64,000 nucleotides of DNA, taken from assembly GCF_009914755.1 (NCBI RefSeq), contig NC_060940.1. One strand, 5' to 3'. Below, one piece after another: positions 42,901 to 57,634 of the stretch. Made by a program: the position numbers and the translations under genes. Source of the stretch: the human T2T-CHM13v2.0 reference genome, Homo sapiens. The notes under the pieces are model-generated. The model did no database searches and was not told the origin of the DNA. It saw only the letters and a list, made by a program, of their open reading frames with translations. Within the stretch, counting starts at the first letter, position 1. The number at the start of each line of letters is the position of its first letter.

Positions 42901-45900
42901 CTCAGAGTTAAAACTTTATTTTGATTAAGCAGGTTGGAAACAGACTTTTTGTAGAATCTTAGAAGAGACATTTCAGAGCCATTGAGGCCTGGTGTAACAA
43001 ACCAAATATCCCCACATAAAAACTAGAAAGAAGCTGTTTGTGACATGCTTTGTGTGTATGGATTCATTTCACAGAAAGAAATCTTGCTTTTGATTCCTTG
43101 GTTTAGAAACAATGTTGTTATAGAATCTGTGAAGGGACAATTTGGAGCTCATTGAGGCCTAGGGTGAAAAAGCAAATATACCCAGATAAAAACTAGAAGG
43201 AAGCTCTGTGTGAAACTGCCTTGTGATGTGTGGATGCATATCATAGTGTTAAACCTTTCTTTTGATTCAGCAGTTTGGAAATACTCTATTTGAAGAAGAT
43301 AAAAACTAGAAATAAGCCATCTGAGAAACTGTTTTATGGTGTGTGCGTTAGTCTCACAGAGTTAATACTTTCTTTTGATTCAGCAGGTTAAAAACAGTCC
43401 TTTTGTAGGATCTGCCAAGAAGCATTTGGGAGTGCATTGTGGGCTATGGTGACAAACCGAATATCCCCAGATAAAAACTAGAAAGAAGCTATCTGTGAAG
43501 CTGCTCTGTGATGTGTGGATTCGTCTCAAAGATTTAAACCTTTCTTTTGATTTAGCAGAATGGAAATAGCCCTTTTGTAGAATCTCTCATACTGCTTTGT
43601 GATGTGTGGATTCATTTCACAGAGGTAAACCTTTCTATTGATTCAGCAGGTTGGGATCAGTCCTTTTGTAGAATCCACAAAGGGACATTTGATAGTGCAT
43701 TGACGCCTATAGTGACAAACTGAATATCCAAAGATGAAAAGTAGAAAGAAGCCATCTGTGAAACTATTCCATGACGTGTGGATTCATCTCACAGAAGTAA
43801 AACTTTCTTCTGAATCAGCGGGTTGGAAACATTGCTTTTCTAGAATCCATGAAAAGACATTTGGCAACTTGTTGAGGCCTAAGGTGAAAAAGAGAATATC
43901 CCCAAATAAAAACTAGAAAGAAGTTAGCTGTGAAACTGTTTAGAGATGTGTGGATTCTTCTCACAGACTGGAACCTTTCTTTTAATTCAGCAGGTTGGAA
44001 ACAGTCCTTTTTTAGTATCTGCAAAAGGACATTAGGGAGTACATTGAGAGCTACAGTGATAAACCAAATAACTCCAAATAAAAAGTAGAAAGAAGTTATC
44101 TGTGAAACTGCTTTGTGATGTGTGGATTCATCTCTCAGAGGTAAACCTTTCTTTTGATACAGCAATTTGGAAACACTGTTTTTGTAGAATCTGCAAAGGG
44201 GTATTTGGGAGCTCACTGAGGCCTATGGTGACAAACTAAATATCCCCATATAAAAACTAGAAAGAAGATATCTGTGAAACCCCTTTGTGATGTGTGGATT
44301 CAATTCAGAGAGATAAACCATTTTTTTGATTCAGCAGTTTTTAAACACTGTTTGAGTAGAATCTGCAAAGAGATATTTGGGGGCTCATAGAGGCTTATGG
44401 TGAAAAAGCCAGTATTGCAAGATAAAAACTAAAAAGAAGCTATCTGTGAAACTGCTTTGTGATGTGTGGATTCATCTCACAGAGTTAAGCTTTTCTGTTG
44501 ATTCAGTAGTTTGCAAACACTTTTTTTGTAGAATCTGCAAATTGACATTAGTGAGCGCATCGAGGCCTATAGAGAAAAAGCCAATATCCCCAGATAAAAA
44601 CTAGAAATAAGCCACAAGCTAACCTGCTTTATGACGTGTGGATTCATCTCAGAGAGTTAAAACTTCCTCTTGGTTAAGTAGTTTCAAAGCACTCTTGTTG
44701 TAGAATCTGTGAGGAAACATTTGGGAGCTCTTTTTGGCCTATGGTGAAAAAGCAAGTATCCAAAGATAAAAACTAGAGAGAGGCTCTCTGTGAAACCGCT
44801 TTGCAATGTGTGGATTCTTCTTACAGAACTAAACGTTCTTTTTCATTCAGCAGGTTGGAAACAGTCCTTTTTTAGCATCTGCAAAAGGACATTTTGGAGT
44901 GCATTGAGGCCTATGGTGACAAACTGAATATCCCCAGATAAAAACTAGAAAGAAGTTATCTGTGAAACTGCTTTGTGATGTATGGCTTCATCTCATGCAG
45001 TTTAACAATTCTCTTGATTAAGCAGATTGGAAATGCACTTTTTGTAGAATCTGCAAAGGGACTTTTGGGAGCCCCTCGAGGTCTATCAGAAAAAAAGAAT
45101 ACACCCAGATAAAAATTAAAAATAATCTATCTGTGAATCTGCTATGTGATATGTGGATTTATGTCACAGAGTTAAACCTTCCTTTGGATTCAGCTGTTTG
45201 GAGACACTCGTTTTGGAGAATACGTGAAAGGACACTTGGGAGCCCATTGAAGCCTATGTGGAAAACTGAATATACCCAGATAACAATTAGAAAGAAGCTA
45301 TCTGTGTAAGTGCTTTGTGATGAGTCAATTCATCTCACAGATTTAAACTTTTCTTTTGACTAAGCAGTTTGGAAACACTCTAATTGGAGAATCAGTGAAA
45401 AGACTTTGGGAAGCCCCTTGAGGCCTATGAGAAAAAACGAAATATCCCAAGATAAAAACTAGGAAGAATCTCTCTGTAAAATTGCTTTGTCATATTTGGG
45501 TTCATCTCACATAGTTAAACGTTTGTTTTGACTCAGCAGGTTGGAATCACTTTTTTTGGAGAATCTGTGAAGGCACATTAGGAAGCCCATTGATGCCTAT
45601 GGGGAAAAACTGCATATCCCCAGATAAAAACCAGAAAAACTATCTGTGAAACTGCCTTGTGATGTGTGGATTCATCTCACAGAGTTAAACCTTTCTTTTG
45701 ATTCAGCAGGTTGTAAATGGTCTAACTGAAGAATTTTCTAAATGACATTTTGGAGCCTGTTGCAGCCTATGGGGAAAAACCAAATATCCTCAAATAAAAA
45801 CTAGAAAGAAGTTGTCTGTGAAACTGCTTTGTGATGTGTGGATTCATCTCACAGAGTCAAACCTTTTTTTTATTCATGAGGTTGAAAACGCTGTTTTTCT

Positions 45901-48900
45901 AGAATCTTTGAAAGGACATTTGGGAGCCCATTGAGGGTTATGAAAGAAGCTATCTGTGAAACAACTTTGTGATGTGTGGATTCAGGTCACATAGTTAAAA
46001 CTTTATTTTCATTCAGCAGGTTGGAAACACTCTTTTTGGATGATCTGTAAAGGGAAATTAGGGAGCCCATTGAGGCCTATGGGGAAAAACTGAATATCCC
46101 CAGATAAAAACTAGAAAGAAGCTATCTGTGAAACTCCTTTGTGATATGTCAATTCATCTCACAGAGTGAAACGTTTATTTTGATCCACCAGGTTGGGAAC
46201 ACTCTTTTTTCAGACTCTGTGAAGGGACATTATGGTGTCCATTGAGGCTTATATGTAAAAACAAAATATCCCCAGATGAAAACTAGAAAAAAGCTATCTG
46301 TGAAAAAGCTTTGTGTTGTGTGGATCCATCTCAAAGAGTTAAACAACTCTTGTGATCCAGCAGGTTGTAAATACTCTTTTTTGGAGAATCTGCAATGGGA
46401 CATTTGGGAGCCCATGGAGGCCTATGGAAAATAAGTTAATATCCCCAGATAAAGCTAGGAAGAAGCTCTCTGTGAAACTGTTTTGTGATATGTGGATTCA
46501 TCTCACAGAGCAAAAGCTTTTTTTGATTCAAAAGGTTGGAAACACTCTTTTTTGAGAATCTGCAAAGGGACATTTGGGAGCACATTGAGGCCTATGGGGA
46601 AAAAATAAATATCCCCAGATAAAAACCAGACAGAAGCTATATCTGAAACTGCTTTGTGATGTGTGGATTCATCTCACAGAGTTAAACATTTTTTTTTTAT
46701 TTAGCAGGTTGGAAAAATTCTTTTTGGAGAATCAACAAAGTGACATTAGGAGCCCATTTAGGCTCCCTCAGAATATCCTCACAATATCCTCAGATGAAAA
46801 CTACAAAGAAGCTATCTGTGAAACGATTTGTGGCATGCAGCTTCATCTCACAGAGTTAAACTGTTCTTTTGATTCAGCAAGTTAGAAACACTCTTTTTGG
46901 AGATTCTGTGAAAGGACATTTGGGAACCCATTGAAAACTAAGGGGAAAAATTGAATATTTCCAGATAAAAAACTGGAAAAGAGATATCCATGAAACTGCT
47001 TTATGAGGTTTCAACTCATCTCACAAACTTAATCCTTTATTCTGATTCAGCAGGTTGGGAGCACTCTAATTGGAGAATCAGCAAAGGGACATATAGGAGC
47101 CTATTTAGACTTATGGGGAAAAATCAAATATCCTCAGTTAAAAACAAACAAAAAGCTATCCGTGAAACTGCTGTGTGATGTGTGGATTCATCTCAGAAAG
47201 TTGAGATTTTCTTCTTATTCAGCAGGTTGGAAACACTGTTTTTGGAAAATCTGGAAAGGGACATTTGGGAGCCCTTTGAGGCCTGTGGGAAAAACCGAAT
47301 ATCCCCAGATAAAAACTAGAAAGAAGCTATCTGTGAAACTGCTTTGTGATGTGTGGATTTATTTCACAGAATTAAAACTTTCTTTTGATTCCACAGGTTG
47401 GAAACACCATTTTTGGAAAGCATGTGATGGGACATTTGAGAGCCCCTTGAGGCTTATGGGAAACTCTAAATATCTCCAGATAAATACTCAAATGAAGCTA
47501 TCTGTGAAACTGCTTTGTGATGTGTGGATTCATCTCATAGAGTTAAACCTTTCCTTTGATTCAGCAGGTTGGAAACCCTCTTCTTGGAAAATATGTGATG
47601 GTATATTTGGGAGCCCATTGAGGCCTTTGGGGAAAAACAGAATATTCCCAGATCAAAACTATAAAGATGCTATCTCTGAAACTACTTTGTGATGTGTGGA
47701 TTTATCTCAGACAGTTAAACCTTCCTTTTGATTCAGCAAGTTGGAAACACTCTTTTGGGGAATCTGTGAAGGAATACATTGTAACCCTTTGAGGACATTG
47801 GGGAAAATCAAATATTCCCAGATAAAAACTAGAAAGAAGCCATGTGTGACACAGCTTTGTGATGTGTGGATTAATTTCACAGCATTAAAACTTTCTTTTG
47901 ATTCTGCAGGTTGGAAACACTTTTTTTTTGGAGAATCTTCAAAGAGAAATTAGCAAGCACATTGTGGCATACATGAAAAAGCAGAATATTCCCAGATAAA
48001 ACATTGAAAGAAGGTTTTATTCAGCAGGATGGAAACACTCTCTTTGTAGAATCTATGAAGGCACATTTGGGAGCCATTTGAGACCTATCAGGAAAAAAAG
48101 GATATCCCTAGATAAAAAAACACAAATAAGCTACCTGTGAAACTTCTTTGTGATGCATGGATTCAGATTACAGAGCTAAACCTTTCTTATGATTCCACAG
48201 TTTGGTAAAACTCTTTTTGGAGAATCTGTGATGGGACTTTTGGAAGTTTTTTGAAACTTATGAAAATAAATTGAATATCCCCAGATAAAAACTACAAAGA
48301 ATTTTTATGTGAAATGCTTTGTGATATGTAGATTCATCTCACAGAGTTAAATTTTTCTTTTGATTCAGCATGTTGGAAACACTCTTTTTGGAGAATCTGC
48401 AAAGGGACATTTGGAAGCCCACTGAGGTCCTTGGAATAAAAACCAAATATCCCCAGATAAAAGAGAACAAAAATGCTGGCTGAAATGGCTTTGTGATGTG
48501 TGTATTCAATTCACAGATTTAAAATTTTATTTTGATTCAGCAAGTTGGAAGCATTCTTTTGGAGCATCTGTGAAGGGACATTTTGGAGTTCATTGTAGCC
48601 TATGGGGAAAAACTGAATATCAGAGATAAAAATTAAAAACAAGGTATCTGTGAAACAGTATTGTGATGTGTGGATGCATCTCACGAGTTAATGTTTTCTT
48701 CTTGTTCAGAGGGTTGCAAACACTCTTTTTGTAGAATCTGTGAAGGGACATTTTGGAGTTCCTTAAGGCCTATGGGGAAAATCGAATATCACCACATAAC
48801 AACCACAAAGAAGCTATTAGTGAAACAGCTTTGTGATAGGTGGATTCGTCTCACAGTGTTAAACCTTTCTTTTGATTCAGCAGGATTAAAACAGTCTTTT

Positions 48901-51900
48901 TGAGAAACTGTGAAGACACATTTCAGAGCCCATTGTGGCCTACAAAGAAAAATAGAATATCACCAGATAGAAAAACGAAAGAAGCTATCTGAAACTGCTT
49001 TGTGATGTGTATTCATCTCATGGAGTTAAAATTTTCTTATGATTCTGCAGGTTGGAAATACTCTTTTTGGAAAATATGTGATGGGACATTTGAAAGCCCA
49101 TTTAGGCCTGTGAAGGAAAACAGAATATCTCCAGATAAAATCTAGAAAGAAGATATCTGCTTTCTGATGTGTGGATTCATCCCATAGCATTATATCTTTC
49201 TTTTGATTCAGCAGACTGTAAATGCACTTCCTGGAAAATATGCGATGGGACATTTGGGAGCCCATTGAGGCCTATGGGGAAAACAGAATATCCTGATAAA
49301 AACTAGGAAGAAGCTCTGTGTCATACTACTTTGTGATGTGTGGATTTAACCCACAGAGTTAAAACTTTCTTTTGATTCAGGCGGTTGGAAACACTCTTTT
49401 GGTTAATCTGCAAAGGGACAAATGATAACCCATTGAGGTCTATGAGGAAAAACTGAATATACCAAGATAAAAACTAAAAAGAAGCTATTATTTGTGAAAT
49501 GGCTTTGTGATGGGTGGATTAATCTCACAGTGCTAAACAATCATTTTGATGCTGCAGGTTTGAAACAATTTTTTTGTAGAATCAGCAAAGGGACTTTTGG
49601 GAGCTCATTGAGGCCTCTAGTGAAAAAGCGAATATCCCCAGATAAAAACTAGAAAGAAGCTATCTGTGAAACTGCTTTGTAATATGTTGATTTATCTCAC
49701 AGAGTTAAATTTTTCTTCTTATTCGCACGTTGGAAGCCCTCCTTTTGTAGAATCTGCAAAGGTACATTTGGAAGCCCATGGAGGCCTATTAAGAAGCACC
49801 AAATATCCCCAGATAAAAACTAGAAAGAAACTCTCTGTGAAACTGCCTTGTGAAGTGTGGATTCAGCTCACAGAGTTAAACCTTTGTTTTGATTCAGTAG
49901 GTTGGAAACACTCTAATTGGAGAATCTGAAAACTGACATTTGTGAGCCCACTGAGGCCTCTGGTGAAAAACCGAGTATCCCCAGATAAAAACTTGAACGA
50001 ATTTATCTGTGAAACGGCTTTGAGATGTGTGGTTTCATCTCACAGTGTTAAAACTGTCTTTTGTTTAAGCAGGATGGAAACATTGTTTTTGGAGAATCTG
50101 TGAAGTGACACTTGGGGGCCCATTGAGACTCAGGGTAAAAACAGAACATCCCTAGATAAAAACTAGAAACAAGCTATTTGCAAAAATGCTTTGTGATGTG
50201 TGGATTCATCTTAGAGAGTTAAATGTTTCTTCTTATTCAGCAGTCTGGAAACACTCATTTTGTAGTATCTGTGAAGGGACATTTTGGGGCCTTTGTAGGC
50301 CTATGGGTAAAAACAGAATATTACCAGATAAAAACATAAAAGGAGTTATCTGTAAAACAGCTTTGTGATGTGGGGATTCATCTCACAAAGTTAAACATTT
50401 CTTTTGGTTCAGCATGGTGGAAACACTCTTTTTGGAGAATCTTCGATGGGACAATTGGGAGCCCATGTAGACCTATGGGGAAAAACCGGATATCCCCAAA
50501 TAGAAACTACAATGCAGCTATCTATGAAACTACTTTGTGATGTGTGGATTCTTCTCACAGAGAAAAAAAACCTTTCTTTTAATTCAGCAGTTTGGAACCA
50601 CTTTTTTCTGTAGATTCTGTGAATTGAAATTTGGAAGCAAATTGAAGACTAATGGGAAAAACTGAATATCCCGATAAAAACTAGAAATAATCTACCTGTG
50701 AAACTACTTTGTGATGTCTGAAATCATCTCACAGAGTTAAACCTTTCTTTTGATTCAGCACGTTGGACTCACTCTTTTTGGAGAATCTGTGAAGGGACAT
50801 TTAAGAACCCCTTGGGGCCTAAGGGGAAAAACAGTATATCAGCAGACAGAAAATCCAAAGAAACTATCTGTGAAACTGCTTTGTGATGTGTGGATTCATC
50901 TCACAGAGTTAAACCTTTCCTTAGATTTGGCACGTTGGAAACACACTTTTTGGAGAACCTGCAAAGGGATATTTGGAAACCCATTAGGGCCTATGGGGAA
51001 AAACAGAATATCCCAAGATAAAAACTACAAAGAAGCTTTCTGTGAAACTTCTTTCTGATGTTTGATTTCATCTCACAAAGTTCAGCCTTTCTTTTGATTC
51101 AGCAGGTGGAAACAGTCTTTTTGAAGTATCTGGAAAAGACATTTGGGAGTTCATTGAGGCTACTAAAGAAAAACTGAATATCCCCCAATAAAAACTAGAA
51201 AAAAGGTGTCTGGGAAACTGCTTTGTGATGTGTGGACTCATCTCAGAGACTTAAACTTTTCTTTTGATTCAGCAGCTTGGGAAGACTTTTATCATAGAAT
51301 CTGTGAAGGGACATTTCAGCACCCATTGGGTCCTATGGGGAAATATCAAATATCCCCAGATAAAAACTAGAAAGAAGCTATCTGCGAAATTTTTGTGATG
51401 TGTGGATTCATCTCACAATTTTAAATATTTCTTTTGATTCAGTAGGATGGAAACACTCTTTTTGGAGAATCTGTGAGGGAGCATTTGGGAGCCCATTGAG
51501 GCCACTGGGGAAAAACCAAATATCCCCAATTGAAAATTAGATAGAAGCTCTCTATGAAACTGCTTTGTGATGTGTGGATTCTTCTCACAGAGAAAAAAAC
51601 TTTCTTTTGTTTCAACAGTTTGGAAACAGCCTTTGTTTAGTATCTGTGAAAAGAAATTTGGGACCCAATTGAAGCCTAATTGGAAAAACTGAATATCCCC
51701 AGATAAAAACTAGAATGAAGCTATATGTGAAACTACTTTGTGATATATGGATTCATCTCACAGAGTTAAACCTTTGTTTTGACTCAGCATGTTGGAAACA
51801 CTCTTTTTGCAGAATCTGCGAAGGGACACTTGAATGTCCAATGAGGCCTATGTGGAAAAATTGAATATCCTTAGATAAAACTGGAGAGAAGCTACCTGTG

Positions 51901-53480
51901 AAACTGCTTGTAATGTGTGGATTTAACTTACAGCAGTAAATTTTTTTTTTATTCAGTAGGTTGGAAACATCCTTTTTGTAGAATCTGTGAAGGGACATTT
52001 GTGAGCCCATTTATGCCTGGGGTAAAAACGGAATATCCCCAGATAAAAACTAGAAGGAAGCTATCTGTGAAACTGCATTTTGATGTGTGGATTCATCTTA
52101 CAGAGTTAATTCTTTCTTTGGATTCAGTGGGTGGAAAACATTCTTTTTGGAGAATATGAAATGGGACATTCAGGAGCACTTTGGGGTGTATGGGGAAAAA
52201 CTGAATATCACCAGATAAAAACTACAAAGAAGGTATGTATGAAACTTCTTTGTGATTTGTGGATTCAACTGACAATGTTAAATCTTTCTTATGATTCCAC
52301 AGGTTGGAAATACTTTTTTTGGAGAATCTGCGAAGGGACATTTGGGAGTCGTTTGAGGCCTATAGGGAGAAACCGAATATTTCCAGAAAAAAACTAGAAA
52401 GAAGCTATCTGTAAAACTGCTTTGTGTTGTGTGAACTCATGTGACAGAGTTTAAGTTTTCTTTTCATTCAGCAAGTTGCAAACACTCTTTTTGGAGAATC
52501 TGCGAAGGGACATTTGAAAGCCCATTGAGGCCTATGCAAAAAAATGGAATATTCCCAGATAAAAACTAGAAAGAAGCTATCTGTGAAACAGCTTTGTGAT
52601 GCGTGGATTCATTTCATAGTGTTAAAACTTTCTTTTGATTCAGCAGGTTGGAAACAGTCTTTTTGTAGAATCTGCAAAGGGACATTGGGAGCCCATTGGA
52701 GCCTACTGAAACTGCTTTGAGATGTGTGGATTAATCTCACAGAGATAACTTTTTCTTCTTGTTCAGCAGGTTGGAAAAACCTATTTTGTAGAATCTGCAA
52801 GGGGATATTTGGATCCCTTTGAGGCCTATAGGGAAAAATCGAATATCCAAGATAAAAGCTACAAAGAAGCTATGTGTGAAACTTCTTTTTGACGTGTGGA
52901 TTCAACTGGCAATATTAAATCTTTCTTATGATTCCACAGGTTGGAAATACTCCTTTTGGAGAATCTGCAAAGGGACATTTGGGATTCCTTTGAGGCCTAT
53001 AGGGAGAAACCAAACATTTCCAAATAAAAACTAGAAAGAAGCTATCTGTGAAATGGCTTTGTGGTTTGTGAACTCACCTGACAGAATTTAAGTTTTCTTT
53101 TGATTCAGCAGGTTGAAAACACTCTTCTTGGAGAATCAGCAAAGGGACATTTGGGAGCCCATTGAGGCCTACTGAAACTTTTGTGTGATGTGTGGATTCA
53201 TCTCACTGAGTTAAATTTTTCTTCTTATCCAGCAGGTTGGAAACACTTTTTTTGTAGAATCTGTAAAGGGACATTTGGATCCCTTTGAGGCCTATAGGGA
53301 AAAACAAAATATCCCCAAATAAAAACTACAAAGAAGCTATGTGTGAAACTTCTTTGTTATGTGTGGATTCAAATGACAATGGTAAATCTTTCTTATGTTT
53401 CTGCATGTTGAAAATACTTTTTGGAGAATCTGTGAAGGGACATTTCAGAGTCCTCTGAGGCCTATAGGGAGAAAGTGAAT
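30966..53480 (+). repeat. Divergent alpha satellite array, forward orientation; dimer-type monomers grading into monomeric types
   Basis: Units such as aagctatctgtgaaactgctttgtgatgtgtggattcatctcacagagttaaacctttcttttgattcagcagtttggaaacactgtttttgtagaatctg, with a ~172 bp period. Confidence 0.97.
32650..35580 (+). repeat. Tandem duplication of a ~10-monomer alphoid block (copy 2 is two monomers shorter)
   Basis: A shared ~75-bp deletion junction aacactgttt|agaaagaatc at 32994 and 34631; gagtcccatgatgaaaaag at 34151 and 35446. Confidence 0.85.
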
Positions 53481-53991
53481 TGCTGAGACCAGCTCTGTTG
53501 GGGAGACCCTAACCCAGAGGCACTAAAGTAATTAAAGACAGGCACACAGAAATATAGAGGTGTGAAATGGGAAATCAGGGATCTCACTGCCTTCAGAGTT
53601 GAAAGCCCTGAACAGAGATTTACCCAAGTGTTTATTAACAGCAAGCCAGATATTAGCACTGTTTCTATAGATATTAAATTAACTAAAAGTATCCTTTATG
53701 GGAAATGAAGGGATGGGCTGAATTAAAGGAATGGGTTGGGCTAGTTAATTGCAGCAGGAGCATGTCCTTAAGGCACAGATCACTCATGCTATTGTTTGTG
53801 GCTTAAGAATACCTTTAAGCGGTTTTCTGCCCTGGGCAGGCCTGGTGTTCCTTTCCATCGTTCCTGTAAACACATAGCCTTCCAGCGTGGGCATTACGGC
53901 CCTCATGAACCTGTCACAGTGCTGCAGAGACTGTTTATGGCCAATTTGGGAGCCAGTTTATGGCCAGATTTTGGGTGGCTTGTTCCCAACA
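53481..53991 (-). mobile_element. MER9 (MER9a-like) solo LTR of HERV-K(HML-3)/HERVK9, full length 511 bp
   Basis: The minus strand begins TGTTGGGAACAAGCCACCCAAAATCTGGCCATAAACTGG and ends GGTCTCCCCAACAGAGCTGGTCTCAGCA, giving TG...CA termini and matching the recalled MER9 consensus. A 6-bp TSD flanks it (gtgaat 53475-53480 / gcgaat 53992-53997), and the alphoid monomer resumes in register. Confidence 0.92.
53631..53636 (-). promoter_or_regulatory. AATAAA polyadenylation signal of the MER9 LTR
   Basis: tttatt on the + strand, within the LTR at the position expected from the consensus (GCTGTTAATAAA). Confidence 0.6.
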
Positions 53992-54891
53992 GCGAATATT
54001 TCCAGATACAAGCTAGAAAGAAGCTATTTGTGAAACTGCTTTGTGTTGTGTGAACTCATCTGACAGAGTTTAAGTATTCTTTTGATTCAGCAGGTTGGAA
54101 ACACTGTTTTTGGAGAATCTGTGAAGAGACATTTGAAAACCCATTAATGCCTATGGAAAAAAACAGAATATCCCCAGATAAAACTAGAAAGAAGCTATCT
54201 GTGAAGCTGTTTTGTGATGTGTGGATTCCTTTCACAGATTTAAAAAATTCTTTTGATTCACCATGTTGGAAACACTTTATTTGGAGAATCTGCAAAGGGA
54301 CATTTGGGAGCTTTTTGTAGCCTATGAGAAAAAAATGAATATCCCCAGACAAAAACTAAAAACAAGCTATCTGTGCTATCTGTGAAAGTACTTTGTGACA
54401 TGTGGATTCATATGAAAGACAAAACTTTCTTATGATTCAGCAGGTTGGAAACAGTCTTTTTGGATAATCTGCAAAGGGACACTTGGGAGCCCATTGAGGC
54501 CTGTGGGGAAAAAACGAATATCCCCAAATAAAAACTAGAAAGTTGGTATCTATGAAACTTCTTTGCAATGTGTGGATTCCTCTCGCAGAGAGAAACCTTT
54601 CTTTTGATTCACCAGTTTGGATACACTCTTTCTGTGGAATCTGAGAAGGCTAATTTGGGTGTCAATTGAGGCCTAATGGGAAAACCTGAATATTCCCAGG
54701 TAAAAACTAGAATGAAGCTATCTTTGAAACTCCCTGAGATGTGAAAATTCATCTCATAAAGCTAAATCTTCCCTTTGATTCAGCAGTTTTGGAGCATTAT
54801 TTTTGTAGAATCTGTGAAGGGATGTTTAGGAACCTCTTGAGGCCTATGGGGAAAACAGAATATCCCCAGATAAAAGCTAGAAAGAAACGGT
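53992..54891 (+). repeat. Divergent alpha satellite (~5 monomers) between MER9 and L1
   Basis: Same monomer type as the flanking array (caggttggaaacac..ttttggagaatctg). Confidence 0.95.
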
Positions 54892-56447
<1,556 letters not shown>

Positions 56448-56614
56448 CAGACCCATGGACCAAGAAGAATAAGTAGGAGGTAGAGGAAAGCCTAGAGGTA
56501 TAGAAGACCAAATCGATGATGGCATGGAGGTGCAGATAAGGTTACTATGTGAAGGATAATTTGGTGAGATTAACCTCGTAAAATGGTGAAGTGATTCTTT
56601 GGATGGTAATAATT

Positions 56615-56750
56615 GCATGAAGTAGAAAAGAATTCATTTGCTTTGGAAGAAAAAGCCTTAGATTCTAGCTTCTTACCTGCCATTTTTACTCTGTATCTTG
56701 GGAACAAATCACCTCACCCTTCTTGGAATACCTGTTGGTTTATCTAAATA
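56615..56750 (+). mobile_element. Possible highly decayed MIR SINE fragment in the transduced DNA
   Basis: gccttagattctagcttcttacctgccatttttactctgtatcttgggaacaaatcacctcacccttcttgg loosely follows the MIR core (cctgggttc...ctctgccacttactagctgtgtgaccttgggcaagttacttaacctctctg). Boundaries are approximate. Confidence 0.45.
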
Positions 56751-56829
56751 GCCAGCCTCCTGAGGGATTTGTTTCTTCTGCCATTCAAACTGTATGTTTG
56801 CACAAAGACCTATTATTAGAAGGTTTGAC

Positions 56830-57288
56830 TCCATCCTTTAACCACTGGTTACATTGATTGGTACAGGGATGGTCATCCAACCCAAACTTTGCTAAACAAC
56901 AGAGCCCTTTCTAGGGCATTTATTTTCAAATTGTATCAAAACGAGAATTTTCCCTTTTCTTGTTCTGGGAATTATTAGATGGGATACTAGAGAGCTGTCA
57001 GCTCCTACAATTTTATTTTATTTTTTTACAATGTTGAGGTAGCTGTTCTGCAATGAGAGAGAGTAAAGACAATATACCAAAAAAAGCATAGACAAGAGAT
57101 ATAGAGGCCTATTGGGAGTAAGGTCCCTGAATTTTGTTGACACTTAATTTTATCTACTTCTTCCCTGTGGTTTGCCTGTCCAGAATTCTGTTTGATTCTG
57201 TTATTTTTCCAATGAATTGTCTACTTTGCCTTGGTCAGCTTAAGTTGCGATTCTGTCCCTTGTAATCTAAAGAATCCCAGTGAACACA
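56830..57288 (+). mobile_element. Old MaLR LTR fragment (MLT1J/K/L-like) in the transduced DNA
   Basis: ccactggttacattgattggtacagggatggtcatccaacccaa and the 3' end ccaatgaattgtctactttgccttggtcagcttaagttgcgattctgtcccttgtaatctaaagaatcccagtgaacaca resemble recalled MLT1J/K motifs (tgattggttcagggatgggcatgtgacccaa; tgagttgggtttctgtcacttgcaaccaaaagagtcctgactgataca). Confidence 0.65.
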
Positions 57289-57554
57289 TTTCCAAAGCAA
57301 TTTCCTTATGTCTAGGAATGTGTAGGCGTGAGACACAATTAGTTATTATTATTATTGAAATAGAACAGTCGGTAGTTTGAATTCACCTGAATGTGATATT
57401 TCCAACTGCAGCCTTTGAGAAGATTGACTGTATTAGAGGTGCTAGGGTGAGATTTACTGTACTTTTAGATGCTATTTTTCTAGAGGATCCAAGAGCATGT
57501 GCATTCTGCTTTGAACCAGTAATCTCTGTCTTAAAAAAATTCCATTCCAAAGAT

Positions 57555-57592
57555 TGTGTGTGTGTGCATTTGTGTGTGTGTGTGTGTGTGTG
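57555..57592. repeat. (TG)6 CATT (TG)11 microsatellite
   Basis: Read directly from the sequence. Confidence 0.95.
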
Positions 57593-57634
57593 TATAGAAA
57601 ATGTGACACTGGGCAACAATGTAATTATTAGCTC

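Larger units (their letters stand above)
52220..54150 (+). repeat. Degenerate triplication of a 3-4-monomer alphoid unit; third copy interrupted by MER9
   Basis: A caactgacaatgttaaatctttcttatg-like motif at 52266, 52903 and 53370; a shared deletion junction gcctactgaaact at 52701 and 53167. Confidence 0.8.
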
